Assembly (NCBI GenBank): GCA_036401495.1
Contig: DASWUV010000086.1
Span: 396-64,395, forward strand
Length of the DNA stretch: 64,000 nt
Direction: 5' to 3'
DNA from: Pseudonocardia sp.
GTDB taxonomy: Bacteria; Actinomycetota; Actinomycetes; Mycobacteriales; Pseudonocardiaceae
A program made the position numbers and the translations under genes. Below the pieces are notes generated by a model that was not told the origin of the DNA, did not search any database, and worked only from the letters and a program-made list of their open reading frames with translations. Below are positions 37,890-48,500 of the stretch, one piece after another; the first letter of the stretch is position 1, and every line of letters begins with the position of its first letter.

Positions 37890-38833
37890 GGTTCACGGTG
37901 GATCCGTGGGACCCGACGTACGGCACGAGCGTCGACGCCGAGCTGGGCGCGTCCACCGCGGAGATCGCCACCGACGTCGAGACACCGGCCGCCGGGTGGG
38001 CGCCCGTGCCGCCCTCGCCGGGGCTGCTGCCGCCCGCCGCGGTGCTGTTCGTCGACGGCGTTCGCCGGGTCGACGCCCAGGTGTGGGTGGACGAAGGCGA
38101 CGGTTCCGTCTCGCCGGGCCTCTGCGCGTCCTACGCGGCGGGTGTCGTGTGCTGCTGCGCCGACGGCGGCGCGCACCTGCTGGTCGCCGACGTACGGCGC
38201 GGCCTGATGACGACGGCGGCGACCGCCGACGACGTGGTCACGAGCGCGGGCACCTACCGCGCCGTCACGACCGCCTCGCGGTCGTCGGTCGGGCCCACGC
38301 AGGTGCTGTCGCTGGCTTTGCAGCGCGACCTCGGCGATGCCGAGCTGGCGGTGGCGGTCGGCGCGCGTGCCGGGCACGCGGCGGAGGACGACCTGCTCGT
38401 CATCGACGGGCCGCTGCGTGGGCGGCACCCGCTTCCGCGGGCGATCGGGTTCGTGAAGAGCCATCGCAGCAGCTACCTGCCCGCTGCCCTCGGTGCCGTC
38501 GTCGCGGAGCTCGCCGCGGGGGAGCGCACGCCCGTGTTCCGCATCGAGGACACCTACCCGGCCTACAGCTGGTACCTGCGCCTGCCGGGGGCATCGGCCG
38601 CGCCGTGGGCGGGCGTCGTGCGCGTCGAGTGTGGCGGCGAGCTGACGACGACGGCCGCGGTCGCGCTCGCCGACCTCGCCCAGGCCACGCTCGTGCGCTA
38701 TGCCTCGGCCGAGTACAAGGACTCCCGCGCGCCCCAGAACCTCTACCCGATCGCGGGCCTGGAGCGGGGTCTGCGGCGGCGCCTCGGCGAGCCCGCGCTC
38801 CTCTACCGCGCGCTGCGGGCCGCGGCGGCCTGA
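37886..38833 (+). CDS. nurA: NurA-like nuclease
   Basis: Acidic DG motifs LFVDGVRRVD and LLVIDGPLRG, then FVKSHRSSYL and the GVVRVEC strand. The ATG overlaps the sbcC stop (ATGA). Confidence 0.6.
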   Translation: MRFTVDPWDPTYGTSVDAELGASTAEIATDVETPAAGWAPVPPSPGLLPPAAVLFVDGVRRVDAQVWVDEGDGSVSPGLCASYAAGVVCCCADGGAHLLVADVRRGLMTTAATADDVVTSAGTYRAVTTASRSSVGPTQVLSLALQRDLGDAELAVAVGARAGHAAEDDLLVIDGPLRGRHPLPRAIGFVKSHRSSYLPAALGAVVAELAAGERTPVFRIEDTYPAYSWYLRLPGASAAPWAGVVRVECGGELTTTAAVALADLAQATLVRYASAEYKDSRAPQNLYPIAGLERGLRRRLGEPALLYRALRAAAA

Positions 38834-39285
38834 GCTGATTCCAGTAGGGTCGCCGCCACCCACCGCAGCAGCACCGCGTCGTGGCAGCTCGCCAAGAGCT
38901 CGGCCTGCTCGGTGACCGATGGGCTGCGCCCCGCCGCCGTGTGCCGTCTGCGCAGCTCGTCGTGATCCAGCGCGGTCTCGCCGTCGAACGGGCGGTGCGG
39001 GCCGGCCAAGCTCAGGTCGGCGATCAGCAGCCGCAACACCTGGAACCCGACGACCCGCACGCCGCACGGCAGCGACGTCGCCCCGTACCCTTCGAGGCTG
39101 GTGACCCCGCCGTCGAGCACCGCCCACGCCTCGACGGCGGGCACGTGCAGCTCGCGGTACCGCACCGTCGGCACGTCCTGGGCCGCCGCCCACGCGAGGA
39201 CCGCGTGGCGGTACTCCGGCGCCACGTCGAACACCGCCACGCCGAGCGGTGAGCGGCGGAAGACCGAAGACCAGCTGACCGTCAT
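38803..39285 (-). CDS. Hypothetical protein
   Basis: Very high GC3 across 160 codons. No recognised motif. Its 3' end overlaps the nurA 3' end by 31 bp. Confidence 0.55.
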   Translation of the reverse strand: MTVSWSSVFRRSPLGVAVFDVAPEYRHAVLAWAAAQDVPTVRYRELHVPAVEAWAVLDGGVTSLEGYGATSLPCGVRVVGFQVLRLLIADLSLAGPHRPFDGETALDHDELRRRHTAAGRSPSVTEQAELLASCHDAVLLRWVAATLLESAQAAAARSAR

Positions 39286-39378
39286 GGTCGTTCGACGGTA
39301 GAGCCTCCATGGGCGGTTCGTCACCACCTGATGGGATGTCGTGCCCGTGGTCCTCCTGTCGTGGCTAACCTTGCGGCG

Positions 39379-39906
39379 ATGGCCAGAACCGTGCGCGCCG
39401 CCACCGCGGACGACGCCGCAGCGTGCGCGGCGATCTACGCTCCCTATGTCCTCGACACCGCGGTCACCTTCGAGACCGAGCCCCCGGATGCGGCGGAGTT
39501 CGCGCGGCGCATCGCGGTCGGGGCGGCGCGGTATGCCTGGCTCGTGCTGGAAGACGAGGGGCGGGTCGTCGGATACGCCTACGGCGGCCCGTTCAGCGGG
39601 CGGCCCGCCTACCGTTTCGCGTGCGAGGTGAGCGTCTACCTGCAGGTCGGCATGCGGCGCTCCGGGGGTGGGCGTGCGCTCTACGGCGTGCTCTTGTCGT
39701 GCCTGGGGGAGCGCGGCTACCGGAGGGCGGCCGCGGGCATGACGTTGCCGAACGAGGCGAGCGTGGGATTGCACCGGGCGCTCGGCTTCGAGCCCGTCGG
39801 CACCTACCGCCGGATCGGCTGGAAGCACGGCCGCTGGCACGACGTGGCGTGGGTCCAACGTGACCTCGGCGGGGCCGCGGCGGATCCGCCCGCCGAGATC
39901 GCATGA
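39379..39906 (+). CDS. GNAT family N-acetyltransferase (phosphinothricin-acetyltransferase-like)
   Basis: RAATADDAAACAAIYAPYVLDTAVTFETEPP ... RSGGGRALY ... HRALGFEPVG. Confidence 0.8.
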   Translation: MARTVRAATADDAAACAAIYAPYVLDTAVTFETEPPDAAEFARRIAVGAARYAWLVLEDEGRVVGYAYGGPFSGRPAYRFACEVSVYLQVGMRRSGGGRALYGVLLSCLGERGYRRAAAGMTLPNEASVGLHRALGFEPVGTYRRIGWKHGRWHDVAWVQRDLGGAAADPPAEIA

Positions 39907-40033
39907 CCGACGTATCAAGTGCCGGGCGCCCGGTCTCCCCCTGATGTCGGCGTGGGCGAGGCCACGTGCCGGCCAAGAGTGCGACAAGGGACAATAAGGT
40001 CACGACAGCGCCGTCGACCAGCCGCCCGATACG

Positions 40034-40267
40034 GTGGGAGACGACGAGATGATCATGTTGTGCGAGCGCTGCTGCACCCCGATCGCCGAGGGCGAGCCCC
40101 TGGTCCGGTACGCGCACATCGACCGGGCCAATCCGGACGGGTCCATCGACTGGATGCACAGCTACGTGCACACGACGGCCTGCAGCCCGCCGCGGCCTGC
40201 CACGCATGAGCGGCCCGACACCGGCGAGTGGGACGCCACGCGCGGCATCGGCGCGCACCGCACCTGA
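40034..40267 (+). CDS. Small Cys/His-rich hypothetical protein
   Basis: High GC3. CERCC ... HSYVHTTAC looks like a possible zinc ribbon. The start may be the internal MIML. Confidence 0.45.
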   Translation: MGDDEMIMLCERCCTPIAEGEPLVRYAHIDRANPDGSIDWMHSYVHTTACSPPRPATHERPDTGEWDATRGIGAHRT

Positions 40268-40335
40268 CGCCCGCCGCGGCCGCCCCGGCTTGCCGGTGAG
40301 CAGTTCGGTGAGGCCGGTCCGGCGGGTCGTGCCGG

Positions 40336-42141
40336 TCATGTCGGCGTGCCCCCCAGCCGGTGGCGCAGCCCGCTCGCCCGCGCCACGGGACGGCTGACGG
40401 CGGCGCGCACCGACTCCGGAGTGCCCAGTATCCGTACGTGGTCGCGGGCCCGGGTGACTGCCGTGTAGAGCAGCTCCCGCGTGAGCAGGGGCGACTCGGG
40501 CGGCGGCAGGACGACGGCGACGCGGCGCACCTGGCTGCCCTGGGCCCGGTGCACCGTCATCACCTGGACGCCCGCGACCTCGCCGAGCCGTGACGGCGGA
40601 TGGAAGGTCGGCGGCCCGCCGCGGGCGAAGGCCACCCGTGGGCCGTCCGGCGTCATGACCACCACTCCGGTGTCGCCGTTGAACAGCCCGGAGTCGTAGT
40701 CGTTCGCCGTGACCAGTACGGCGCGTCCCGGCGGCCACAGGCCGGGCGCCTCGCGCGTGCGGGTGGGGGCGAGCCACCGCTCGACCTCGGCGCTCCATCG
40801 CGTGACGCCGAAGGGCCCGCGCCGGTGCGCGCACAGCACCCGGTGCTGATCCAGCGCGGCGAGCGCCTCCTCGGCCTGTCCGGCCCACGCCGCTTCCGCC
40901 AGTGCCGACCCGGCGGCGACGACCTCGACGCGCAGGGCGGCGACGTCACCGGGGGCGACCAGCTCGAGATCCGCGGTGCCTGCTCCCAGCAGGTCAAGGG
41001 CGGCGTCGGCGTCGCCGGCCTGCACTGCGCGTGCGAACCGCTCGATCGTGCCGCCGAAGCGCCAGACGTGGTCGAGCGTCACCACGCCGTTGACCACGCC
41101 GGTGGGCAGCCCGAGCCCGACCAGCGCGGCGTCGAGGGCGGGTTCGGGGCGCCCGCCTGCGCGGGTGAGGTCACCGAGCACCGCGCCTGCCTCCACGGAG
41201 GCGAGCTGGTCGGGGTCGCCGACGAGCACGAGCCTGGCCTGCGGGCGGACCGCGTCGAGCAGCCGCGCCATCATCGGCAGCGAGACCATTGACGTCTCGT
41301 CGACCACGACGACGTCATAGGGCAGCCGTTCGGCGCGCCCGTAGCGGAACGTGCCGCCGGGCCGCCAGCCCAGCAGCCGGTGCAGGGTGGCGGCGTCGGC
41401 GACGCGGGTGGCCGAGCCCGCGGGCAGCTCCGCCGACACCGCCTCCTGCAGCCGGGCGGCGGCCTTACCGGTCGGCGCGGCCAACGCGACGCGCGGTCGC
41501 GGGCCGGGCTGCTCGGCGAGCAGGGCGAGCAGCCGTGCGACGGTGGTGGTCTTGCCCGTGCCGGGACCACCCGCCAGCACCGTGACGTGCCGCAGCACGC
41601 CGATCGCCGCCGCGAGCCGTTGCCGAGCCGAGGCCGGATCAGGGAAGTGCGCCGCCAGGCCCGCGGCGAGGTTCGCCAGGTCGACGACGGGCGGCGGGGC
41701 CGCGGCCCTGTCGAGCAAGGAGTGGCGGACCAGTTCCTCCTCCCGCCAGAACCGTTCGAGGTAGAGCAGGCCGTTGACCAGCCGCAGCGGCTTGCCGCCC
41801 GGCGCGGCACCGCCGTCGGCGACCAGCACCGCGGACCGACAGGCCGAGAGCCACTCCGGCGGCTGCGGCCAGGGGAGCGCCGAGACGTCGAGCACCTCGT
41901 CGCCATCGCCGAGCACGGCGTGGCTGACGGCGGCGAGATCGACACACACCGACCCCAGCCGGACCGCGCGCACCGCCAGCGCCGCGGCCAGGAGCACGTC
42001 CTCGTTCTGCTCGCCGCCGAGGCGGCCGACCCGGGTGGCGACGTGCACGTCCGCCGCGTCGAGCACCCCGGCCTCGTTGAACACGGCCAGCAGACCGGTC
42101 GCAGCATGGACCCGTCGCGGGTCGCCGACGTCGATGCTCAC
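40336..42141 (-). CDS. recD: Exodeoxyribonuclease V alpha subunit RecD
   Basis: Walker A GGPGTGKTTTV, VVVDETSMV, VLVGDPDQL and a C-terminal TVHRAQGS. The GTG overlaps the recB stop. Confidence 0.85.
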   Translation of the reverse strand: MSIDVGDPRRVHAATGLLAVFNEAGVLDAADVHVATRVGRLGGEQNEDVLLAAALAVRAVRLGSVCVDLAAVSHAVLGDGDEVLDVSALPWPQPPEWLSACRSAVLVADGGAAPGGKPLRLVNGLLYLERFWREEELVRHSLLDRAAAPPPVVDLANLAAGLAAHFPDPASARQRLAAAIGVLRHVTVLAGGPGTGKTTTVARLLALLAEQPGPRPRVALAAPTGKAAARLQEAVSAELPAGSATRVADAATLHRLLGWRPGGTFRYGRAERLPYDVVVVDETSMVSLPMMARLLDAVRPQARLVLVGDPDQLASVEAGAVLGDLTRAGGRPEPALDAALVGLGLPTGVVNGVVTLDHVWRFGGTIERFARAVQAGDADAALDLLGAGTADLELVAPGDVAALRVEVVAAGSALAEAAWAGQAEEALAALDQHRVLCAHRRGPFGVTRWSAEVERWLAPTRTREAPGLWPPGRAVLVTANDYDSGLFNGDTGVVVMTPDGPRVAFARGGPPTFHPPSRLGEVAGVQVMTVHRAQGSQVRRVAVVLPPPESPLLTRELLYTAVTRARDHVRILGTPESVRAAVSRPVARASGLRHRLGGTPT

Positions 42142-45100
42142 GAGGCGCCCTCGTGCAGCAGACGGGAGAGCGCGACCGTGAGGGCGGGGGGCGGCGCCCA
42201 CCCGAAAACCCCGCAGGTGGTGCCGTCGATCACCGGGGTGTCGCGGCCGCACATGCCCCGCACGAACAGGTAGAGCGATCCGCCCAGATGGCGCGCCGGG
42301 TCGTAGCCCGGCAGCCGCCACCGCAGGAAGCGGTGCAGCGCCACCCCGTAGAGCAGCGCCTGGAGGGGGTAGTGCGCGTCGATCATCGCGGCGCGCATTC
42401 GCTGCGGGGTGTAGTGGTCGGCGGTCAACGGTTCGCGGCCGTCCGGGCCGAACGTCCCGAGCCAGTTGGTCTTGTAGTCGACGACGACGAAACGCGGGCC
42501 CGGCAGGCGCAGGACCGCGTCGACGCTGCCGGTGAGATAGCCGCGCAGCGGCTGCTCGGCGAGCGCGGGGGCGGCCAGCAACTCGGGGTAGTCGACCAGC
42601 GGGTCGTCGGGAGCCAGGTGGGCGCGCAGCAGCGGGGCGAGCTCACCCAGCAGGGCGGTGGTGGGGCCGGGACGGTCGCCGCCGCCGAGTGGAAGCTCGA
42701 ACTCCAACTCGGCGAGTCGGTCGGCAGGCGCGATGTCGGCCAGGGTCAGGCCGCCCCCGATCGGTCCCAGTGGGGTGCGGGCGACCGGCAGCAACCCGTT
42801 GACCAGCGCAAGCGCGTCGACGCCTGCCAGGGGCTGGCGGATCAGCTGCTCCAGGCAGCGTGCCGTCAGTTCGCCCGCAAGATCGGATGCGGTGAGGTCG
42901 GCGGTTTCCAGTACGGCGTGGACCAGTGTGCCGAAGCCGGTGCCCATCGGCAGATCGGCCATCGGCGACGCGGGGGCAGCGGCTGGGACGGTGCCGGGCG
43001 GGATGGCGCCGGGCGGGATGCCTGCCACGTCCTCGTCCGGGGGAGGCTCCGGCTCGTCCTGGGTGCCCGGCGCTTCCGGCTCGCTGGTGACGCCGCCCGC
43101 GTGGTGGCTCGCGCCCGCCGTGAGCGACGAGTACGACGTCCGACGCCATTGCCGGTCGAGCGTGCGGTCGAGCTCGGCGGCGGCCAGCTCGCCGGGTGGT
43201 GTGGGCGGCGGGATGTACCTGGCGGAGGACACCCCGGCCTGCGGCCCCTGGCTCGCTCCGACGATCTCCGCGATGGATTCGGGCGGGACCTCTTCAACGG
43301 CCAGATCTGGCGAGGCGAGCGCCCGCAACGCGTCGCGGACGGCCTGGTCGGACGGGACGCGGTAGCTCGCCGCGGGCTCCGTGCCTGCTGAGGGACGCCC
43401 GATGAGCAGCCGGTGCAGCGGGGACGTCGCGGTGGTGGTCGAGGGCACCCACCACGTGACGACCTGGCACTTCGCCCTGGTCAAGGCCACGTAGAGCAGA
43501 CGGAGGTCCTCGCCTGCCTCCTCAGCGCGGTGGGCGGCACAGCGGTCGCGCCAGCCCTCGCCGCTCTCGCCGCCGACGTCGCGGACGCGGTCCTGACCGA
43601 CGTGGAACAGCGGCACCTCGGGATCGCGGACGTTGCGGTCCCACCCGAACGGCACGTACACGATCGGGAACTCCAGGCCCTTGCTGCGGTGGATCGTGAT
43701 GATCTGCACCGCGGCCGCGTCGGACTCCAGGCGCCTGCTGCGCTCCGCACCCGTGTCGACGGCGGCCTCGTCGATGCGCCTGCGCAGCCACTCGACCAGT
43801 GCGGCAGGCCCCAGATGTCCCTCGACGGCGGCCGCGTGCAACGCCTGTGCCACGTGCCGCAGATCGGTGAGCCACCGTTCGCCGTCGGTGCGGGCCAGCA
43901 ACCGGGCGGGCAGCGCAGTGTCGGTGCTGACGGCCTCGAGCAGGGCCGCGACCCCGCGTTCGTGCAGCACAGCAGCCCAGCCGCGGATCTTCGCCCCGAT
44001 CTCGTCGAGCAGTGCTTCGGCCTGGGGCCCGCAGAGCTGCGCGACCGTGTGCCCCAGGAACCCGGTGAGCGCCACCGCCCGCAGCCGGACCAGGCGAGGC
44101 TGCTCCAGAGCGTCCAGCAGCGTGAGCCAGTCGAGGGCGACAGGGGTGCCGAAGACGCTCGCCGTGCCCGTCACCACCGCGGGGACGCCCACCGCCGCCA
44201 GCGCCGCTCGCACCATCCCGCCCTGGTCGTTGGTGCGCACGAGCACCGCGACGTCGCCCGGCCGCACCGGCGCGCCGTCGATCGTCGCCGCGCTGTTCAG
44301 CAGAGCCGCCACGTCCGCGGCCAGATCGCGGGCGACGAGCTCCCGTGCGGGCCCGACGATCGCCAGTTCCCGCCGCGGCGGGGTCGGCAGCCCCACCCGG
44401 GCCGCGACCCGCACCCGGACCGGCGCGTCCACGGGCGCCCCGACCAGCCTGCTGCCCTCCCATGCCGCCTCGACGGGGTGCACGACGATCCGTTCGTCGC
44501 CGAGCGCGGCGCCACTGAAGACCGTCTGGAGCGCCCTGAGCAGCGGCGCGTCACTGCGGTGGTTGACCGCGAGCGTCGCGTGGTGGTCGGCGGCCCGCGT
44601 GGCGTCGAGGTAGGTGACGACGTCAGCGCCGCGGAACGCGTAGATCGCCTGCTTCGGGTCGCCGATCAACACCAGCGCGGTGTGCCCGTGGAAGGTGCGG
44701 CGCAGGATCGACCACTGGACGGGGTCGGTGTCCTGGAACTCGTCGACCAGCACCACCCGGTAGCGGGTCCGCAGCCGCTCCGCGGCGCTGGGCGAGCAGG
44801 CCAGCGCGTCGTCGAGACGGGTGAGCATGTCGTCGTAGGTGTAGGTGCGTCGCTCCCGCTTGCGCCGCGCCACCTCGGTGCGTACGGCGGAGGCGAAGCG
44901 GAACCGGGTGCTCGCCACCGAACCGGGCTCCGCATCGTGCGGCGCGAGGAGGGCCTGCCCGTCATGGACCGCGGCGCGCGCCAGCTGGAGCGCCTCGCCC
45001 CTGGTGAACGGGGGAGGGCCTGCGGAGCGGTCGCCGTACTTGCGCACGTAGAAGTCGTCGACGACCTCGGTCACCATGTCATCGATCGACTCGACGAACA

Positions 45101-45548
45101 CCGCGTCCTGGTCGGCGTCGCCCGCGACCCCGAGCCCCGCGAGCATCTGGCTGCAGAACTGGTGGGTGGTGGCGATGGTAGCGGCGTCGAACGTGGCCAG
45201 GGCGCGGGTGAGCCGCGCCCTGCGCAGCGCGACCTCGTGGGGTGGCACGTCGGCGAGCAACGCGTGGACCCGGTCCGCGCCCACGCGCGCCGCGACGGGG
45301 TCGGCCAGCGCCCGCTGCGTCGACAGCAGCCGAGCCCGCACCCGCTCGCGCAGCTCCGTGGTGGCCTCGCGGCCGAACGTCACGAGCATCAGCTCCGGCA
45401 GGGTCGCCACGCCCTCCGCGACGTAGCGAGCGGCCAGCGCGGCGATCGTGAACGTCTTTCCGGTGCCCGCGCTGGCCTCCAGCACTGTGGTGCCCGTGGG
45501 CAGCGGGCCGCCGACGTCGAAGGCAGCGGGCGCGAGGACGGCCGTCAT
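42138..45548 (-). CDS. recB: Exodeoxyribonuclease V beta subunit RecB
   Basis: EASAGTGKTF, a UvrD-like helicase body (VLVDEFQDTD) and a C-terminal PD-(D/E)XK module (VVDYKTN). The ATG at 45548 overlaps the recC stop. Confidence 0.9.
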   Translation of the reverse strand: MTAVLAPAAFDVGGPLPTGTTVLEASAGTGKTFTIAALAARYVAEGVATLPELMLVTFGREATTELRERVRARLLSTQRALADPVAARVGADRVHALLADVPPHEVALRRARLTRALATFDAATIATTHQFCSQMLAGLGVAGDADQDAVFVESIDDMVTEVVDDFYVRKYGDRSAGPPPFTRGEALQLARAAVHDGQALLAPHDAEPGSVASTRFRFASAVRTEVARRKRERRTYTYDDMLTRLDDALACSPSAAERLRTRYRVVLVDEFQDTDPVQWSILRRTFHGHTALVLIGDPKQAIYAFRGADVVTYLDATRAADHHATLAVNHRSDAPLLRALQTVFSGAALGDERIVVHPVEAAWEGSRLVGAPVDAPVRVRVAARVGLPTPPRRELAIVGPARELVARDLAADVAALLNSAATIDGAPVRPGDVAVLVRTNDQGGMVRAALAAVGVPAVVTGTASVFGTPVALDWLTLLDALEQPRLVRLRAVALTGFLGHTVAQLCGPQAEALLDEIGAKIRGWAAVLHERGVAALLEAVSTDTALPARLLARTDGERWLTDLRHVAQALHAAAVEGHLGPAALVEWLRRRIDEAAVDTGAERSRRLESDAAAVQIITIHRSKGLEFPIVYVPFGWDRNVRDPEVPLFHVGQDRVRDVGGESGEGWRDRCAAHRAEEAGEDLRLLYVALTRAKCQVVTWWVPSTTTATSPLHRLLIGRPSAGTEPAASYRVPSDQAVRDALRALASPDLAVEEVPPESIAEIVGASQGPQAGVSSARYIPPPTPPGELAAAELDRTLDRQWRRTSYSSLTAGASHHAGGVTSEPEAPGTQDEPEPPPDEDVAGIPPGAIPPGTVPAAAPASPMADLPMGTGFGTLVHAVLETADLTASDLAGELTARCLEQLIRQPLAGVDALALVNGLLPVARTPLGPIGGGLTLADIAPADRLAELEFELPLGGGDRPGPTTALLGELAPLLRAHLAPDDPLVDYPELLAAPALAEQPLRGYLTGSVDAVLRLPGPRFVVVDYKTNWLGTFGPDGREPLTADHYTPQRMRAAMIDAHYPLQALLYGVALHRFLRWRLPGYDPARHLGGSLYLFVRGMCGRDTPVIDGTTCGVFGWAPPPALTVALSRLLHEGAS

Positions 45549-48500
45549 CGCCTGACCAGCTCCTCCGTCTGCAGCAACGGCCGCCACAACCGCAGCGCCA
45601 GCGTGCCGAACCGGGTGGGCTCCCCGCCCGGTGGGCCCGGCTCGGCGGTGAGCACCGACGCAGGCGCGGCACGGCCCCACACGCGTTCGTGGGCGGCGTC
45701 GGCCCGCTCGGCGCCCGCGCCGTTCGTCCACGCCCGGGCGGCCTCGTCCAGCGCGTCGGCGGCGCTCGCCCCGCCCTGCCGCACGCGGGCGTAGGTGTTC
45801 CCCGTGAGCGCAGAGAGCGGCAGCGGGGCGCAGAGTCCCTCCGCGCGCAGCGCCACCAGTTCGGCGACCACCTCGCGGGCGTCAGCGGGGGCCACCGGCC
45901 CGACCACGGACCGCGCGATGCCGAACCGCTCGCCGCGGCCGATCGTCACGGCTTGCCAGGGCTCCCCGCTGGAAGCGGTGAGCGCCAGCAGGCGCACCCA
46001 GGACCGGATCCGCTGCTTCGGCGTGAGGCGCGAGTACTCGACCCGCAGCGCCGTCTGCCCGTAGAGGCCGCCGACCGTGCCGAAGACGCGGGCGCCTTCG
46101 GCAGGCTCGAGATCCACGTCGCGGTCGGCCGGGTCGCCTGTGCGGTACTCGGCCGCCGCCGCGACCAGCGGCTCGACGTCCTCGAGCACCCTGGCGAGCA
46201 GCGCGTCACCCAAGGCGCCGGGCGGCAGCTCGCCGCGGCGCCACTCGGCCTGCCGACACCGGTCGAGATCCCGGCCCGCAAGCCGGTCGGCCAGCAGCCT
46301 GTGGCCGATGGCCCACGTGGCGAGCCCGTCCGGCGCGACGGGCAGCGCGTCGGCGGGCGCGTCGTCGCCCGCGAACAGCGACAACCCCACGCGCTGGGTG
46401 AGGAAGCCCTTGACCGGCTGCTCGAGGAAGGCGACCAGGTCGTCGAGGGAGACCGCACCCGGTGGGGTCGGCGGGAGCGGTGCAGGAACGAACGGCGGCG
46501 GTGCGGAACGGGGCCCGGCGGCGGCACGGGCGCCTGCCAGCTCGGTGCGGTCGAAGCTGAACGGCGTGTGCGCGGCGAAGTTGCGGGCGTCGAAGGGCTG
46601 AAGCGGATGTCGGATGACCACCGTGGTGCTCGGCGCGGTGGCGGCCACGGCGTCGAGCAGCTCCCCGAGCGGGACGGCGGGCGGGCGGCGCAGCCCGGTG
46701 CGTTCGTCGGCGCCGGAGTGCACGACGACCAACGTCTCGGTGGCCGCCATGATCGCGTCGAGCAGGAGCTGGCGGTCCTCGCTGCGCACGTCCCGCTCCC
46801 CGACCAGCGGGTGCCGGGCGAGCACGTCGTCCCCGTCGGCGGCGCCTGCGCGGGGGAACACCCCGTCGTCGAGGCCGAGCAGGCAGACGACGCGATGCGG
46901 CACCGAGCGCATGGGCACGAGCGTGGCGACGGTCAAGGTGCCGGTGCGGAAGCCCGCGCGGGTGGGCCGTCCGCGCAGCCGCTCGGCCAGCAGGCTGCGG
47001 ACGTCGGCGAGGCCGAGCGGGACCGACGCGGTGTAGGGGCCTGCGGTGTGGGCGGCCTCGGCCAGCTCAGCCCGCGCCTGCCCGGCCTGCCACGCATCGC
47101 TCGTGGACGTGGCGGTGAGGAGGTCGAGCGCGGCGGCGAGCGTCGAGGCCCACTGCGCGAGCGGCTGCTCGCCGGTGAGCCGCGCGAGCACGCCCTCCAG
47201 CCGCTCGACGAACTCCGCGAGCCGACCGAGCCGCGCGGTGTCGCCCGGTTCGACGGCAGCGGGGAGGGCGGTGCCCAGCCACGTGTGCTCGTCGCCCGAC
47301 ATGGCGACGCCGAGCAGCAGCCGGTCCAGCCCCGACGACCACGTGTTCTGGCCGAACGACTCGAGCTTGAACGGCCGCCTGTGCGCGGCGTCGAAGCCCC
47401 ACCGCACTCCGGACTCGACGGCCAGCTCGCGGAGTCGTTCGAGGTCACCGTCGTCGAGGGCGAAGCGCGTGCGGACCGGACCGGCGGCGAGCAGATCGAG
47501 CACCTGCGACGCGGTGAGCCGCGCGTCGGCCAGCTCCAGCAGCCGGGAGACGACGTCGAGCAGCGGGTTGACCTGGCGCAGCGCCCGATCGGCCAGCCGC
47601 ACCGGAAGCGCCTGCGCCGGATGCGCGCCGGGCCCGAAGCTCGCCGAGATCAGCGGCGCGAAGGCCTCGATGTCGGGACACATCACCAGGATGTCGCGCG
47701 GCTCGAGCGTCGGATCGGCCGCCAGCAGCCCGATCACGGCCTCGCGTAGCACCTCGACCTGCCGATCGAGGCCGTGGCAGGCGTGCACCTGGAGGCTGTG
47801 GTCACCCGCGGCGGGCACGAACGTGCCGTCCGGCGGGTGGTCGTCGCGCAGGTCACGCTGCAGCCTGCCCAGCAGCGTGGCGGGGGGATCAGGGCGCGGA
47901 TGGTGCTGGTCGCGCGCGCCGGGCAGGGCGGCCGCGAGGCGCACCTGCATCTCCCGCACATCGCGGCCGAGCGAGGACAGGAGGGGGTGGGCGGCCGCGG
48001 CTGCGCTCGGGTCCGCGTCGCGCGGCGGCACGCCGCACGGCTGAACGCGCGCCCACAGCGCGGGGGAGGGGTGCGGCAGCCACAGGTGCACCTCGCGGTG
48101 CACGGCCAGCGCCGCGAGGACGGCCAGCTCCTGCGCGGCGAGCCGGGTGGGTCCGAAAAGGGACAGCCGCTCGGGGAGCGCGACGGCCTCGGGGTCGGCG
48201 CGCAACGCCGCGCAGGCCGCCTCGACGCGCTCGGTCGGGTCGGGAGCGCCGATCCTCGTCCGCAGCCTGCGCCAGAGCTCTGGCTGCCACGCGAGATCGG
48301 GATCGACGCCGTCGACACCCGCCGCCCAGCCGCGCAACAGCTCGGGGCGGTGGGTCGCGTACGCAGAGAACAGCTCAGCCATGCGCCGCGCCAGCGCGTG
48401 CCTTCGGCTGCGATGGGCGCGCAGCGGGGCGCACCACGGCTCGTCGACGCCTGAGTCGAGCACCTCCAGCAGTGGCCACACCGCCCGCTCCGGCCGCCAC

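Noticed and set aside
31393-38833. The HerA + SMC-like ATPase + nuclease unit, considered as an anti-phage defence island (HerA-associated, Lamassu or Gabija-like).
   Set aside because: The unit has a complete Mre11 phosphoesterase motif set, a Rad50 zinc hook and full-length coiled coils. It is flanked by core metabolic and recBCD genes with no mobile-element signatures. A housekeeping DNA-repair role is the simpler reading.
38803-38833. A 31-bp convergent overlap of the nurA 3' end with the 38803..39285 gene, and similar overlaps at 26802..26809 and 58809..58830, considered as a regulatory antisense arrangement.
   Set aside because: Short convergent 3' overlaps are frequent in compact GC-rich genomes. 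The sequence gives no additional structure or motif to support a specific mechanism.
36635-39310. An 891-aa minus-strand ORF spanning sbcC, nurA and the downstream gene.
   Set aside because: It is antisense to sbcC/nurA, which have clear Rad50/NurA motifs. Only its last roughly 160 codons (38803..39285) show proper GC3 and are kept as a separate hypothetical gene.
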